DNA of 64,000 nucleotides from Podarcis vaucheri (Eukaryota), in NCBI GenBank assembly GCA_965113315.1, contig OZ220382.1; one strand, written 5' to 3'. The notes under the pieces are model-generated. The model saw only the letters and a list, made by a program, of their open reading frames with translations. It was not told the origin of the DNA and did not search any database. Shown here in pieces: positions 45,801 to 59,321 of this stretch. The position numbers and the translations under genes were made by a program. Positions within the stretch are counted from its first letter, which is position 1. The number at the start of each line of letters is the position of its first letter.

Positions 45801-48800
45801 TCTTTAAAAGACATCTGAAGCAACTGATGGCAGAAGGAAGAGCATTCTTCTATACAGGAGCAACTTCCTCTTTCTTTGCACATGCACAGAAAATAGTACA
45901 ACAGGTATCCACAGGAACATAGGAAGCTGTCTTACACTAAGCCAGAACTTGGGTCCATCTAGCTAAGCACTGTTTACACTGACTGGCATCAGGGATTGAA
46001 TGTGCAGCCTTCTGCATGCAAAGCAGCTGCCCAGCCAATAAGCTGCAGCCCTTCATGAAAACATATGAAGGCATTTTAGCTTCAAAATACATATGTCCTG
46101 AGACTCAAGCTGAAGGAGACTCAGAAGTTCAATTTAGTTTCAAGAAGAACGATTTCCCTCCTACTGAAGCACAGGAAGCAAGGGCTAAATTAGGAACATT
46201 CTGTCAGCTCCTTGGCCCATCTGCCTCAGTACTTCCAACTGTTGCTGTTTGTTAGGGAGCTAGGGACGAGTGGACCTTTTTATCAGCACAGCTGGATGGG
46301 GACAGGGAACCACAAGATACACACAGGAACCAGAATAATGGAGAGTGATGACTCTTTGTGGTTTCAGACACAGATGCAGGTGCAGTGGAAAGGGGGAGGC
46401 AGGCAGACTCCTTGGAGCCCCCGTGGAGCATCCTGCCCCAGCTCGCCCTGCCCTGTGGGCAGCTGGCCCCGCCCCTGGGCGCAGGGCATGCGCACCACCC
46501 CAGGCTCCCTATCGGCTTGCTCCGCTACTGCACAGACGAGGTCACTCATATGTCATGCCTGCTCACAGTGGCTGAACATTGACTCCTGGCTGTTGCAGTA
46601 TGCTGTCTCACCAATATGTGTTAGTGGAAGGAATGTACCCAATATGCAGCCGAGTAAGGCTGCTCCCGCTGCATGAGTATTCATGCTTCTTCACTGTAAC
46701 TTGCAGCTTCTCCTTTATCTTAAAGCAGGGAAGCCCCTTTAAATGTAAATTCCCCCCCCCCCAGTCCTCTTGCTACAATACAAATCTATTTAGAGAGAGG
46801 GAGAGAACAGTAAAAGATAAAGCATTTCCCAGCTATGCATGGTTTTAAACTGGAGAGTGTTGTAGCTCAGAAATAATTGCCGCTGGCTGTAATTGGTGAG
46901 ATGTAGGAAGGGAGCCGGATACACGGAGCCTGGTGCAATTTTGGAAGATTTGTTACGCTTAGCTCACTTCTATCAATTTTGGTGGCTCAGGCGCTTATGA
47001 CCTGTTGCTCGGCTTATTGTGAAAATGGCTTTTATTTACTGCACTTCCATTAAAAGATGAAATCCACGCATAGGGCTCACAGGGCAGAAAATCACAGTTT
47101 ATGCCTAAGCTTATCTCCCTTCAAGCGGCCTCAACTCATTTTCACCCTGGCTCACTCTCAGTTGCTATTAAAAATGGAGAGAAACTGGGCAGGCTGTCTA
47201 CGGAGTGACAGAGCCCCACAGTGGTCAGGAACTAACAAGGCCAGGCAGGGGTGTGTGATAAAGCTACAACACCATACTAAACAGAATGCTACCTGTGTCC
47301 ATGCAGGTAGCATTCTGTCCTAGCACAGCAATCAGAAGAAACACAAGCAGAGAAGAACAGAGCCAGTGACTACCTTTATACATATATGTTCCACAATGCC
47401 TTTTCTAAAGTAGAGATGGAGAGCAATCATCCCTGACCACTGGCCACGCTGGCTGGGGTGGGTGGTCTTTGGATTCTAACCACATCTGGAGGACCACAGG
47501 TTCCCCACCTTTGTCCTAATCCAACCACTACATAGCACGCCAAGCTTACATATCATGATGATGATGATGCAATGTGAGTGTTCTGTCCATTTAAGAATCT
47601 GTGTGCCATATGTGCAGGCAGAATCTAGCCTAATACAACTGCATGACCTTGTATCTAACTCTTTAGATCCCTCAATCTGTAGTATATCAAGTTCAGATGA
47701 GTGTCTTGCTTAGCAGTTAAGCTGTTGCTTTCTTGAATTTAAGGAACGACAGGTCAGTTTTTTGGCTTAGGAGGAGAGTGTGCTGGAGACATACAGAGCC
47801 TTCATAACAACTCACTTTATTTCCAGTTGTAGAGATTGAGGAGTGATTAAAAAAACAGCACCCTCTTATTCTCAGGGCAGAATGGGTTACTCCTCCACAC
47901 AATTTAACAAACCTCTCTTGACTGCTCTGCTTCTTCTCTTTTGCAGCATCTTATCAAGTCAGTTAAAAAGATGTGCTGTAACTTCTTGCCTACCTGCACT
48001 CTTGTTAGCCTTTCAAGAAAACCCTTTGTGTTTATTATGAGTCTGGACTGGACTGTAGATTGTAAAATGCACCTTTAAGCAACACGCTAGATAGCTAGAG
48101 CTTAGTGTTATGAGTGACACATCTAGCCATGCCCATGGGAGAATAGTTAGGCCCTGATATGTGTATACTCTGTGCTGAGATCAGCACTTTATGGAGTGTG
48201 TGCTTAAGGACTGGCCCCTTTCTGTGTGCATGCAGTGATGAGGCTGGAGTAGTTATGGCTGACTTAAAAAGTTTAAACTGTGCAAACATTGGCCTCTACT
48301 AAGGGCAACACTGGCAATAGCTAGGAGCAGCATCCCACAGAACAAGACGTTCTATGACATCTGAAACCCTTATGGTTGATCATCAGGAACCTGTGCTCCT
48401 CCTGGACTTGTTGGACTACAACGCACATCACTCCCAGTCAACACAGCCCATGTTGAGGGATGAAGGGAATGGTAGACTAGGTGTCCGGAGGACTACAGGT
48501 ACCCAATGCCTGCTCTGTTCTTTCATGGATTGTGTTAGGAAAACAAGTCCCCAGCTGCTATATGTTCATGAGATAAGTTTAAGCCAATGCAGCCCATAGA
48601 ATAGACACTATTCTTCCTCATTTCCTACAGCACTTAGTTATTTGCTTGTGTGGGATGAAAGCACTGGGAACCTTTCAGATCATTTGGCAGAGAACAAAAG
48701 ACTCTTTAAAAACAGTGCTTGGGGTTTCCACACAGATTGCTTGCTGCTGCTGGATCACAACTTGTTAGGGCTGATTCTGTTAGGATTATCAGTATCTTCA

Positions 48801-49715
48801 TAACGACCAGGGTTTATGGGGTGGGGTTTGGCAGTCTGCTTCATGCCAATAAGCCCCGACAAAGGCTTTTGAGATTGTTATAATTTAATGTTTAATTGTT
48901 GTAAGCCTCCTTGAGTAATACAAATGTATTAGCCTGGCAGGATATTGATTCTCAAATAAAGCAAATGTTCTCATTTTGGGGAGAAGGCTTTCTCTCTTAA
49001 TTTTATGAGCTATTTTCTACAGTTCTAAAATGAAAGTGCTATAGAAATGATAAATTATTATTTGTTTTACCATACCATCCTGGGGCTGGGGGGGGGCGGG
49101 GGGGAAGTAGAACTACATTCTCATCTACTGTATTTTAACCAATTTTCTCATATGAAAGGGGTTAAGCTGAGAGAATGATTTCTTAGCTGTAGCCACCCAG
49201 AGTGTTTTGCTGAACCCAGCATGAATACAATCAGAGGAGCTGAATCATTATAAAAAGTACTTGCTGTGAACTTTTAAGCCAAAAATAAGCACCTTCTTGG
49301 AATACAGGGTTAGCTACAATGCTACTTTTCCTCCTACACATCCTCATTTCCACGCATCTCCTAGAGTCTTGAAATGCTTCTTCACTCCTGTCAATCTAGA
49401 ACTTGGAAGGCTGGTAGGGGGGAGAAGTGAGCACAGAGTAAGCAACCCTATATTGTAAACTGAAGGCTCTCATATTCAATCTAGGAGTTGCCCCAGACTG
49501 TATTAGTCCTGCAACAGGGAGAGAAGCCCTTGGAGCAAGCAGCAGCAGAATCTCTGCCAGCACTCCCAAGTGAGGCCACTTCATGCTCAAGGTGCTGCCT
49601 GCAAGGGCAGCAGGAGATGAGTCCTTGTCGCCTGCAAGGAGTTGCTAAGGTTACCTTGCATTTGCCTAATTAGAGAGGCTGTCAATCCCCTGGCAAAGAT
49701 CACAATGAGAAAAGT

Positions 49716-49746
<31 letters not shown>

Positions 49747-50029
49747 CTTTTAAGAAATACAAGCATTTTGTACTGATGCAAGGCCAGGGGTGGGGAGAGA
49801 GAACACACACTACTAATCTGTCCAACATGGAGCCCCATTATAACCGTTGCAAGGATATCTTGTCCTGGCAAAATACAACAGCAGTATTCAGCTGTGTGAA
49901 AGTAGAGAAGGATGAAAGAGCACATGTGCAGCCCAACAGTTAAGGTGCTCAGTGAATTATATTGCATGTCAATATTTTTTTTAAAAAAATTGCAGGCTAC
50001 CTTGAAATCATTGATAAAAGGCAATAGTA

Positions 50030-50270
50030 CAGTGGTACCTCGGTTTTCGAATGTAATCCGTTCCAGAAGACCGTTCAACTTCTGAAACATTTGAAAACCA
50101 AGGTGCAAAGGGTGGTCTGCAGAAAATGGAAAAAATTAACATGTACACGCAGCGGAAACCGTTCAACTTCCGAGGCCTGTTAAAAAACAGAAGCATTTAC
50201 TTCTGGGTTTTCGGCGTTTGAAAACCCAAACGGTTGGCTTCCAAGACGCTTGAAAACCAATGTACCACTG
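50030..50270. mobile_element. Tc1/mariner-type MITE
   Basis: TA|CAGTGGTACCTCGGTTTTCGAA...TTGAAAACCAATGTACCACTG|TA. Confidence 0.8.
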
Positions 50271-50272
50271 TA

Positions 50273-50524
50273 CAATGGTACCTCTGGGCGCAAATGGGAT
50301 CCATTCTGGAGCCCAGTTCTCATCCTGAAGCGAACGCAACCCGCGCCTGCGTGTGTGCAGGTCACAATTCGCTGCGTCTGTGCATCCGTGTGACGTCATT
50401 TTGAGCATCTGCGCATGCGCGAGCGACGAAACCCAAAAGTAACATGTTCCGTTACTTCTGGGTCACCGTAGAGCACAACCCGAAAACGCTCAACCCGAAG
50501 CTACTTTAACCCAAGATATGACAG
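50273..50524. mobile_element. Tc1/mariner-type MITE, family D, sharing a TA with the previous MITE
   Basis: CAATGGTACCTC...GATATGACAG|TA; homologous to 30771-31460. Confidence 0.8.
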
Positions 50525-52571
50525 TATATAAATGTGTTAAATAAAGAAGCTTCCCTAGGCTCAGTTCATGCAACAGCACTGTCTTGCATCTAGAATAATC
50601 CCTTCCCTTCTTACGCCCCTGGTCACTCATACACATATTCACACACACACCCTCACAAACACCACTTGTAGTAGCCCTTTTTTTAGGAATCATTCTTTAA
50701 TAGAATAGTCAAAGTTCTTTCAGTACAGCATGGAAGCTTCTGAGGTTACACGACATCACATTTTACAGGAATTGGTAGAGAGGGGTATAAAAGATCAACT
50801 GAGTCACCTAAGATTTAGCATCAAAGAACAGATTTGTAACAAGGTAGAGTGACTGGCAGGGAGGAGACACCCATTTACTTGAAAACTTCTATAGGGACCT
50901 GTTGCAGACTTCATACTTTTGGAATTCATTTATTATATTTATATCCAAACTTTCCTTCAAGCTCAAGGTGGTATACATACTTTGCCCCATTTTATCCTCA
51001 AGGCAACCCTGTGAGTCAGGTTAGGCTGAGAGTGAACAAAACCCAATGAGCTTCATGGCTGAGTAGGGATTTGAACCCTGGTCACCCAGGTGCTAGGCCA
51101 GCACTCTAACCATGCTGGCTCTGCCTATCCATCACAGGTAGAAAACATGCTCTAACAGAAGTCAACCTGTATTGCAGTTCAGCAGATGACCAAGCCTGCT
51201 TACATTCAGACATAACTACTTTTGAACTCAAAAAGATCAATGGCAATTTAAGCTATAGTCTAAAAGAAGGATGAGGACAAACAAAAAGAGAATGTTCCAA
51301 TGACAGAATATTGCTAACAGTTAAGGAGTTCGTGAGAGATGAATACAGCACCAAACCAGCTAATGCCACTGAAGGCTGGAATACTTCCTTGTTGTTAAGG
51401 TAGGAAACCTAACTTTTTTCTTTTTGGTTGGGGGAATTCTGCAATGGGGCTGTGGAAGGAAAAAATTGGAGGTGTGTGACCATTAAGAAATTTCAAAAGT
51501 GGCAGAGCAAAACTGGGAGCTGAGTAGAGTGAATTTGCCCTTCTGTCCCTCTAACCATGGCAACTATTTCCATAGGCTTATCTTCTCATGAACCAGCTTT
51601 ACACTTAAAAACACAACCAAGAATTCTCCATCCTCTCAAAAATGCCACTGTAGATCAGATTTTATTTACTGTTACGCTTGCATGAAACTAAAGGTCTATC
51701 ATGCAACTCTGCTTCAAATGATAAGCTTTGGTAAGATCAAAATAATGGACCAATGAATCAAATGACAGATTGGCAACTCTAGAAAGTGACTCATGTTAAG
51801 ACCCGGAAAACTAGTGCAGCCCAAAAGATAGATATTGCAGGAGAATGGGAGGGCATGAAAGTGGTGGGCAAGGCCACTGATAAAACTGGGGCAGTGGAAC
51901 AGGTGTGATGGGATAGTATAGCCTACATTTTATCTACATGGAAGTCAGAAGTTTCTACATACACATACCAATGCCTTCTTCCAGAAACACTCGATAAACA
52001 ATGAATCGGGTGGTGAGGGGTGTAGCCTGGGGTGAGTGTAGCCTAGAGAGAATCCCAAGGATCTAACAGAAGCCTGGAGAGTTATATTCAGACCCTGGGT
52101 CTGAGGTTTCCCGCCCTGATGTACTGAAACTAGAATGTGAGGGCCTGAGTTTCTACTCAGCCATGAAGTCACTGTGTGGCTTTGGGCATGCCACTCGCTG
52201 CTCGCTCCTCTAAAAAATAACAACTGTGCTCACCAAATGAGAGTGACACTGAGACATACTAGAAAGCAGTTTGTACATAAGAAGTACTAACTTATTATTA
52301 TGACAAAGCCATCACTAGGGCACACTGCATGAACAAGGCAAGGCATTTCAATTTGGAAACACATTTAACTGATGGGGATACACAAAGGTTTTTTGCACCT
52401 GCAGATTATTATTTTTTGAGGGTTATGTTTTGAGGGTTATTTTTGTAAGTTGCTTTTAAGCATGGTTACCCACCTAGCCTGGGCTTTTAATGACAGAGGT
52501 GTATGAAAAGTGGGGCGGCGGGGGAAAATATGCATGGTGTAGATAAAAGAATTTTCTCCCTCTCTCATAAA

Positions 52572-52695
52572 TAAGGTTACCAGATTTTTTTTCAATGAAT
52601 CCAGGGACACTTTTCAACCTCAATGGATTTTGTATGGGGACTGATTTGTAAATCCAGGGACTGTCCCCGGGAAACGGGGACGTCTTGTAACCTTA
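52572..52695. mobile_element. Short hAT-like MITE
   Basis: TIRs TAAGGTTACCAGA / TCTTGTAACCTTA; GGGAC subterminal repeats. Confidence 0.65.
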
Positions 52696-52699
52696 CACT

Positions 52700-52890
52700 A
52701 GAACTAATGGAAATCCAGTGAAGCTGAACGCTGGAAGATTCAGGGCAGACAAAAAGAAAGCACTTAAATGTGAATCTATGGAATTCACTCCTACAAATAG
52801 CAACGATGGCCACCAACTTGGATAGCTTTCAAAGAGGATTAGACAAATTCACGTTGGATAAAGCTATCAATGGCTACTAGCTGCAATTAC
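52700..52890 (+). mobile_element. Old CR1 3' fragment
   Basis: GRFRADKKK...LWNSLL....NLDSFQRGLDKF motif. Confidence 0.6.
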
Positions 52891-52908
52891 TATGTTCTAC
52901 CTCTGAAT

Positions 52909-53251
52909 GTAAACCACAGAGCCTAGGGCTTGCCGATAGGAAGGTCAGCAGTTCAAATCCCTGTGACGGGGTGATCTCCCATTGTTCAGTCCCTGCTCCT
53001 GCCCACCTAGCAGTTCGAAAGCACATCAGAGTGCAAGTAGATAAATAGGTACCGCTCCGACGGGAAGCTAAACAGCATTTCCGTGTGCTGCTCTGGTTTT
53101 GCCAGAAGTGGCTTAGTCATGCTGGCCACATGATCTGGAAGCTGTCTGCGGACAAACGCCGGCTCCCTTGGCCTACAGTGTGAGATTAGCGTGCAACCCC
53201 AGAGTCGTCTGCGACTGGACCTAATGGTCAGGGGTACCTTTACCTTTACCT
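52909..53251 (+). mobile_element. Sauria SINE, slightly 5'-truncated
   Basis: Conserved body and GGGGTACCTTTACCTTTACCT tail. Confidence 0.9.
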
Positions 53252-54046
53252 ATGAATGCTACTTGATGGGAATCACAAGTAGGCAGAGTGCTGATGTCCA
53301 GCTGCTGGATTTCCCATTGGGGTGTCTGGTTGGTCACTGTCAGAAGGAGATGGTGGACTAGATGAGCCTTTGGTTTGATCCATCAAGCTTTTCTTCTGTG
53401 CTTAAAAGTTTACTAATACCGGTGTTATTTGACAGGTACTGAAATGACGTGTCAAAGAGTGCTGCAAAGTAGGTATTCCATCCTGCAAGGGAGCAGAATT
53501 CCTTTGTCTTATAACTGGGGGGGAGAGGAAGGGGGAGAACAGGCACTATTCCCCTTATAAAATCACAGTAGTTCTTTCCAGTGGACATGCAACTCTTGGG
53601 CATGCAGCTCCATTGCTACAACTCTCCAGACACAGTGTTTTTAATTATACAGCACAGAGTCAATGGCCTCTAGGCAAGTAGCAAAATGAAAAGGGTGGGG
53701 GGAGACTCGGAACTGTCAGCACAGTCAAATGAGTTTTAAATCCATGAAATTCTGCTACAGCAGCACAGAAAAGACACACATCAGCAGCATGGGATAGTAG
53801 GGAAAATAAATGTACCAACCCACCAAAAAAGGAGATAATTCAAAGAATGGCATTTGCTCAGAAAAGAAGAAGCCCGTAGCAGAGACTTAATATTGATCTC
53901 AGTTCCCACAGGAGACTCCATAGTTGCATGTAGAATGTCCCAGGTTCAATATCTGCAGATAGGACTAAGAGTTCCACCCATCTCAAACCTGAAGAGTCAC
54001 TGCCAGTCAGTGTAGGTAATATATGGACCAATGGACATTCTTAGTA

Positions 54047-54397
54047 CTATATCTAAGATGATGTTTTTCGCTAAAAAAAAAGTTACAAATTGGGAGTAGT
54101 CTTATACATGGATGGTGAATGCACTTACTTTCCTACGGCTGCAGTGAAGAAGCTGCCAGAACCAGTTCCACCAGCCATTACAGGCTGACCGTAATGGTTG
54201 GGTTTGCCTGCTCGGCCAAAAAAAAGCTCAACAGCTTAGTGGTTGTTCGCTCAACAATTTTACTTCGCTGCCACCCAGCATCTAGATTTTCACTTCTGGA
54301 GACATGGCAACCCTAAAATATTGATTTCTTAATTTTGTGTGCCAAAAAATAGGGGTCGCCTTATACATGGGGGAGTCTTATACACGAAAAAATATGG
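54047..54397. mobile_element. Degenerate pogo-type MITE related to 11465-11724
   Basis: Right end GTCTTATACACGAAAAAATATGG and internal GTCTTATAC repeats. Confidence 0.55.
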
Positions 54398-55772
54398 CAT
54401 GTTCCTAAGACACAACCCAAACCTATGTTTCTTTTATCTAATATGCATCTGCTCCCCAGTCTTCAACCCTAAAAGGGATCCCATGGCAATAGCAATTAAA
54501 TCCAACAATTTTATCACCACATTAAAGAGGAAAACAGCAGCACATTTACAGAGTGTTAACAGCAGGGGAATGTTACAACCTCTTCAGACACCATACCTTC
54601 TCAATGCTTAGTTCCACCCAAGGCTACACAGTAAGAATGTTGTTTAATTGGGGTACTATATCATGTGGTAATCATCCCTTGATCTACTTGTGAGTTTTCT
54701 TCCCCCAACAACCAATTTTCTTTAGGAACTGTTCTGTTTGATCTTTTGGCACTTCTCTCCAAGACACAGGTCAGGCCAGATCTACAATTAGGGCAGTGCA
54801 ATTAAGTTCCAATTACAACAAAAGAGTCTTAAGGTATTTGTTTGGTTTTGACCTGAAAAATACTGTCTCAGCTAACTCTCTAGAAAAAGTTTCAATTGGT
54901 GCAGTTTACACGCTAGTATTTTCTGCAGCAGATGTATTAAAGTGTGCAAGCATGATATATTTACACACCATTTCTAATACCTATTTGTTGCTGGCATTCT
55001 TCTGTCTCAAGAGACAATGGACTGGGACTCCAAGGGTGAAGTCAAACTGCTGTGTTAACGACACCTAGTGAACTTCCTGGGAAGTGAGCTTGGGCAGTGT
55101 ATAGGGAGGTTCTTTTGTTCTAAAACCTGCGTACACATATTAAGGGGCCAAACAACATAGAAGAACCACAACTAGATCACCTGAATTCACTAAAACAACT
55201 GAGAGTGGCAAATGGAATTGAGAAAAGGCACATTTAACCTTTCCCTTAAATTCCATTTTCTCAATTGAAATAATCTCTTCCTCACCCCCTCCAATGTTGC
55301 CAGCAGCCCCAATTAAGGAAACTTAATTAAGAGATTACCCTAGGATGCGCAAAGACAGTTTTCCTCTCGGGAATACAATTTAGTTCACTTTTAGGGCACT
55401 TTCAAGCCACCCATTTAGTAAGCCCTCATCCTGATAGATTTGCAAGATCAGCTGACTTCAGGCCAAATTCTATTGACATAGGAAGTCCTTAATAGCCTGG
55501 GCTTTACTCTACCTTACTCCATGTGTGCCCATTCAACCACTTTGATCTGTAGGTCTGGCACTACAACACGTGCCAAACAATTACCTGTTCTGCATTTTTG
55601 TAAGAAATAGCTATTTTAATGTGGAAATGCCTACAGTTTGGAACTCTCTGCCTAAGGGAGGCATTCTTTGCCACATTCCTTTTGGCATCTGCTTAAATTA
55701 CTGTTTAGACAAGTCTAGCCAGATACATAGATGTTGACATGCTTACATCTATCTAGTTTACTGCTGATTTTA

Positions 55773-56128
55773 GGTAAAGGTAAAGGGACCCCTGACCATT
55801 AGGTCCAGTCGTGGCTGACTCTGGGATTGAAGCGCTCATCTCGCTTTATTGGCCGAGGGAGCCGGCGTACAGCTTCCGGGTCATGTGGCCAACATAACTA
55901 AGCCGCTTCTGGCGAACCAGAGCAGCACATAGAAACGCCGTTTACCTTCCCGCCGGAGTGGTACCTATTTATTTACTTGCACTTGATGTGCTTTCGAACT
56001 GCTAGGTTGGCAGGAGCAGGTACCGAGCAACAGGAGCTCACCCCGTCGCAGGGATTCAAACCGCCGACCTTCTGATCGGCAAATCCTAGGCTTTGTGGTT
56101 TAACCCACAGCGCCACCCGCGTCCCTCC
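55773..56128 (-). mobile_element. Full-length Sauria SINE inserted into an old L2 3' end
   Basis: Starts GGGACGCGGGTGGCGCTGTGG on minus; perfect 13-bp TSD ACTGCTGATTTTA (55760-55772, 56129-56141). Confidence 0.95.
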
Positions 56129-59100
56129 ACTGCTGATTTTAATAGTCTTTTAAATGTTTTCACTACAGTACTTGCTTTTACTGATAATTTCAATTTCCTT
56201 TAAACCATTTAAAGGTTTTGTTACAATCAAGCTGGATATAAATTCTGTTAAATGAATAATAGAAAATACAGTTCTGAGCATTCATTCATATTTGCCTTCA
56301 GGGAGGTTACATGGCATCACCTCAAAGCAAATGTTACCCCGCTGTTTCCAGTGCAATTTAAAGCCACTTTTCTTATCTCAAAATCTAACCTTTTGGGGAA
56401 GCAGGTTTGAGGTGAAAAAACTATAATTGTACAACTTGAATTTGCCAGTAAATAGCAACAGTCTGTAAATACTATTAGTATTTGTAATGGTGATACCAAT
56501 GGCTTTGAATTTTCTTCTCCAGCAGTACCAATAGGAAGCTTGAAGCAGGTTGGGGAAATACAGAAATAGTTCCCCTGGGGAAACAGCATAGGAAAAGAAC
56601 CTCCCCAGGGTGTCAAGTCTCAACTAAATTTATGCTCTCCTAAGTCCCCCCTTCCTCTTTGAAGAACCTCAGGAGATCTCATCACATTGAGAACATCAGA
56701 ATAGCTGCTGGATCAAGCCAATGGGCCATCTAGTTCAGCGTCTTGTTCTCACAGTGGTCAACATTGCAATTCAGCCTTTGGAGATACGGGGACGCATATA
56801 AACACATATATGTATAAACACACACACACACATTACTTCTGCATGTGAACATTTGCTGAGGCAAACATTGATTAGCAGGGAGCTGACTGCCACAGCCCAG
56901 GCTTTTAGAGTGGAAGGCAGGACAGGAATCACTCCCAGCCAAATCTATCAGGAAGATTGGATGTTTTATACAACCCGTAGTGAAGTTCATCAATATACTA
57001 GGTAGGATTTACATTTACAGCAGCATCTGCCAAGATCAAGACAGAGTGCAACCTCAAATCATTCAGGCAGGTACTCCTACTGAATAGGAAGAGTTCTCTC
57101 GAACACTCATTTCTGAGTGAAAACCAAAACAAAGTACAATGTGCTCACTTAGCCTGCCACCTCCCTCACCCTGATTATCAAAATACCACTAAAACTGTCT
57201 GTACATTTAATCCAAACCTTCTTCACTTCTCACCACCACAAGGTGGTAACTTTTCCTATTAAAAACTTTGATATATAGGGCAGTCATTAGGGGTCACATT
57301 CTTTCAGTTAGGATTTCAAGTGTATACTGCTCAAAGATATTTCTGTAAAAGCAAATGGCTTTTTGCTACAATTCACATGTCCTCTGGGATGGTGCAAGGA
57401 TTCCCCTTGCAGAGAAAACAGCCTTTCTTGGATCAATCCAATTTCCTTTTTTCCCCCCTCAAGGAAGCTGGCAGGAGGGTATAAAACACACCCCTCCTTG
57501 TATCTCCCCTTAGAGAGACAAAAAGTGGGGGTTGTGAGGAGAGAGAGAAAGAAAAGGCAGTTTCATGTTAAATTATAAGCCTTGTCTTTTATATAGCTGT
57601 CAGGCTTTTAACTTTACATTCTGAACACCATCTACTCTTCTCCTTGTTAAGACATTCCCAATTAGCAGAGGTCTGAGAGCTGCCCCACCTCAGCCATCCA
57701 ACTTGAAAAGGTTTTGTATACACAGAGCAATTGATCAATCCTAGACATCCCAAGGGAGACTGGGGAGTGCTGGGTGGGGAGTAATGCAATTTAGAAAGCG
57801 TACGCCAGGTAATTTGAAAACAATTTTTCAGCCGTTCCTGCTGAAGAAAGGCTTTATGGGCCGAGACATCCTAAAAAATTGTTTTGAATGACTCTTCGCA
57901 TGCTATAAAGCTAGCAGGGAAACCTGCCAGAAAAGCAGATGTCAGCCAAGCACTCATATGCCCTGGAATTGAAAGGCATCTGATTCATATCAGTGCAGCA
58001 AAGCCACCTTTTGAGATTGGAACAAATCCCTCAAGGGGCATCCTGGCCACAAAGGCACTTTTGTCATCAGACATTCCCTCCACGGCCACTACCTCCTGCC
58101 CTCTGAAGCTTGCTATGGAACATATAAACAATCACATACACATCCATTGTGCTGTTATGCAGAATAGCACTGAGGAGTCACTGAAATAAAGGCATGAACT
58201 TCGGCCATCCAAAAACCTATCAGGTTGCTGTTTTGTGGGACCCACCTCTCTTGCTGAATTTATACTGTCGGTTCCATCTGGAAGTTTTATATGTTTTCAC
58301 ATTGTTAATGGTATTATCTTTATTCATAGTTGAATATTTTATTGCTGAAGCCTGCTCCAGAACCTTATAGTGAAGGGCAGGTAAGAAATCCAACAAATGA
58401 AATAAAAGCACCCCTGACCACCAGCCATTCTGACTGAGACTGATGGGCATCTGAATCCAGCAACACCACCGATTCCACCATCACTCCCTAATGCCTACTG
58501 TGACTGAGAGTGGTTCTCCCAACAGCTCCAGGAAGGGCCTTCTGTAGCCTTCAGAGTCAGAGACCTTTTAAAGGGAGATACCAGGGTCTGAAGCTACAAC
58601 ATTCTGGATGCACAGCATGTGCTTTATGACTGAGTTATGCCCCCCTCCGTTCCACATCTCAAACACAGGCACTAGAGCTATGCAATGCAGCTAACAAAAT
58701 AAGCCTTTGTCATATGCACAGTGTTTCTATAGAGAAAAGGAACAGTATTAATAAATTTGGTGCAGAGAAGCAGAGTGGGAGCTTTATTGAACTATAAATG
58801 TGAATCTTTCATGAATCTCTAAAACCTACATTACTATGCATGCCCAAACCAAGCAGATTGCACCGGGTGTTCTATCCTACTTTTTCCGCGGGGTTTTGGA
58901 AACTACCTGGGGCTCTCAAACTGAGCAGCATTGGACTCCCAATACAGCAGGATCCAGCTGTGTCTCTACCTATCTCACAATTGATATTACATAGGTCAGG
59001 TGTGGGGCAGGTGGGTGTGGCCTGGGGAAAACAGCCTCACAGGCCAAATGCAGTGGGTCACATGCAGTCCATGGGCCAGAGGTACCCCACCTCTGCTCTA

Positions 59101-59227
59101 GATCAAACAGAATGTTGCCCAAGACTTCCCAATGCCACTACAATGCCATACACCAATACAGTACAAACACCTGTCATGCATTTTGAGTTTTGTGTTCAGC
59201 TAGAGGCCAACCTAATCAGAAATACAA

Positions 59228-59321
59228 GGAAGGTAAAGATTGCCAATGACTCTGGGGTTGCGCACTCATCTCGCTCTATAGGCCGAGGGAGCCGGCGTTG
59301 TCCGCAGGCAGCTTCCAGGTC
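59228..59321 (-). mobile_element. Sauria SINE 3' fragment
   Basis: AGGTAAAG...GACTCTGGGGTTGCGCACTCATCTCGCTCTATAGGCCGAGGGAGCCGGCG. Confidence 0.8.

Noticed and set aside
57900-58120. Minus-strand frame SFRGQEVVAVEGMSDDKSAFVARMPLEGFVPISK
   Set aside because: Weak splice signals and no recognisable homology.
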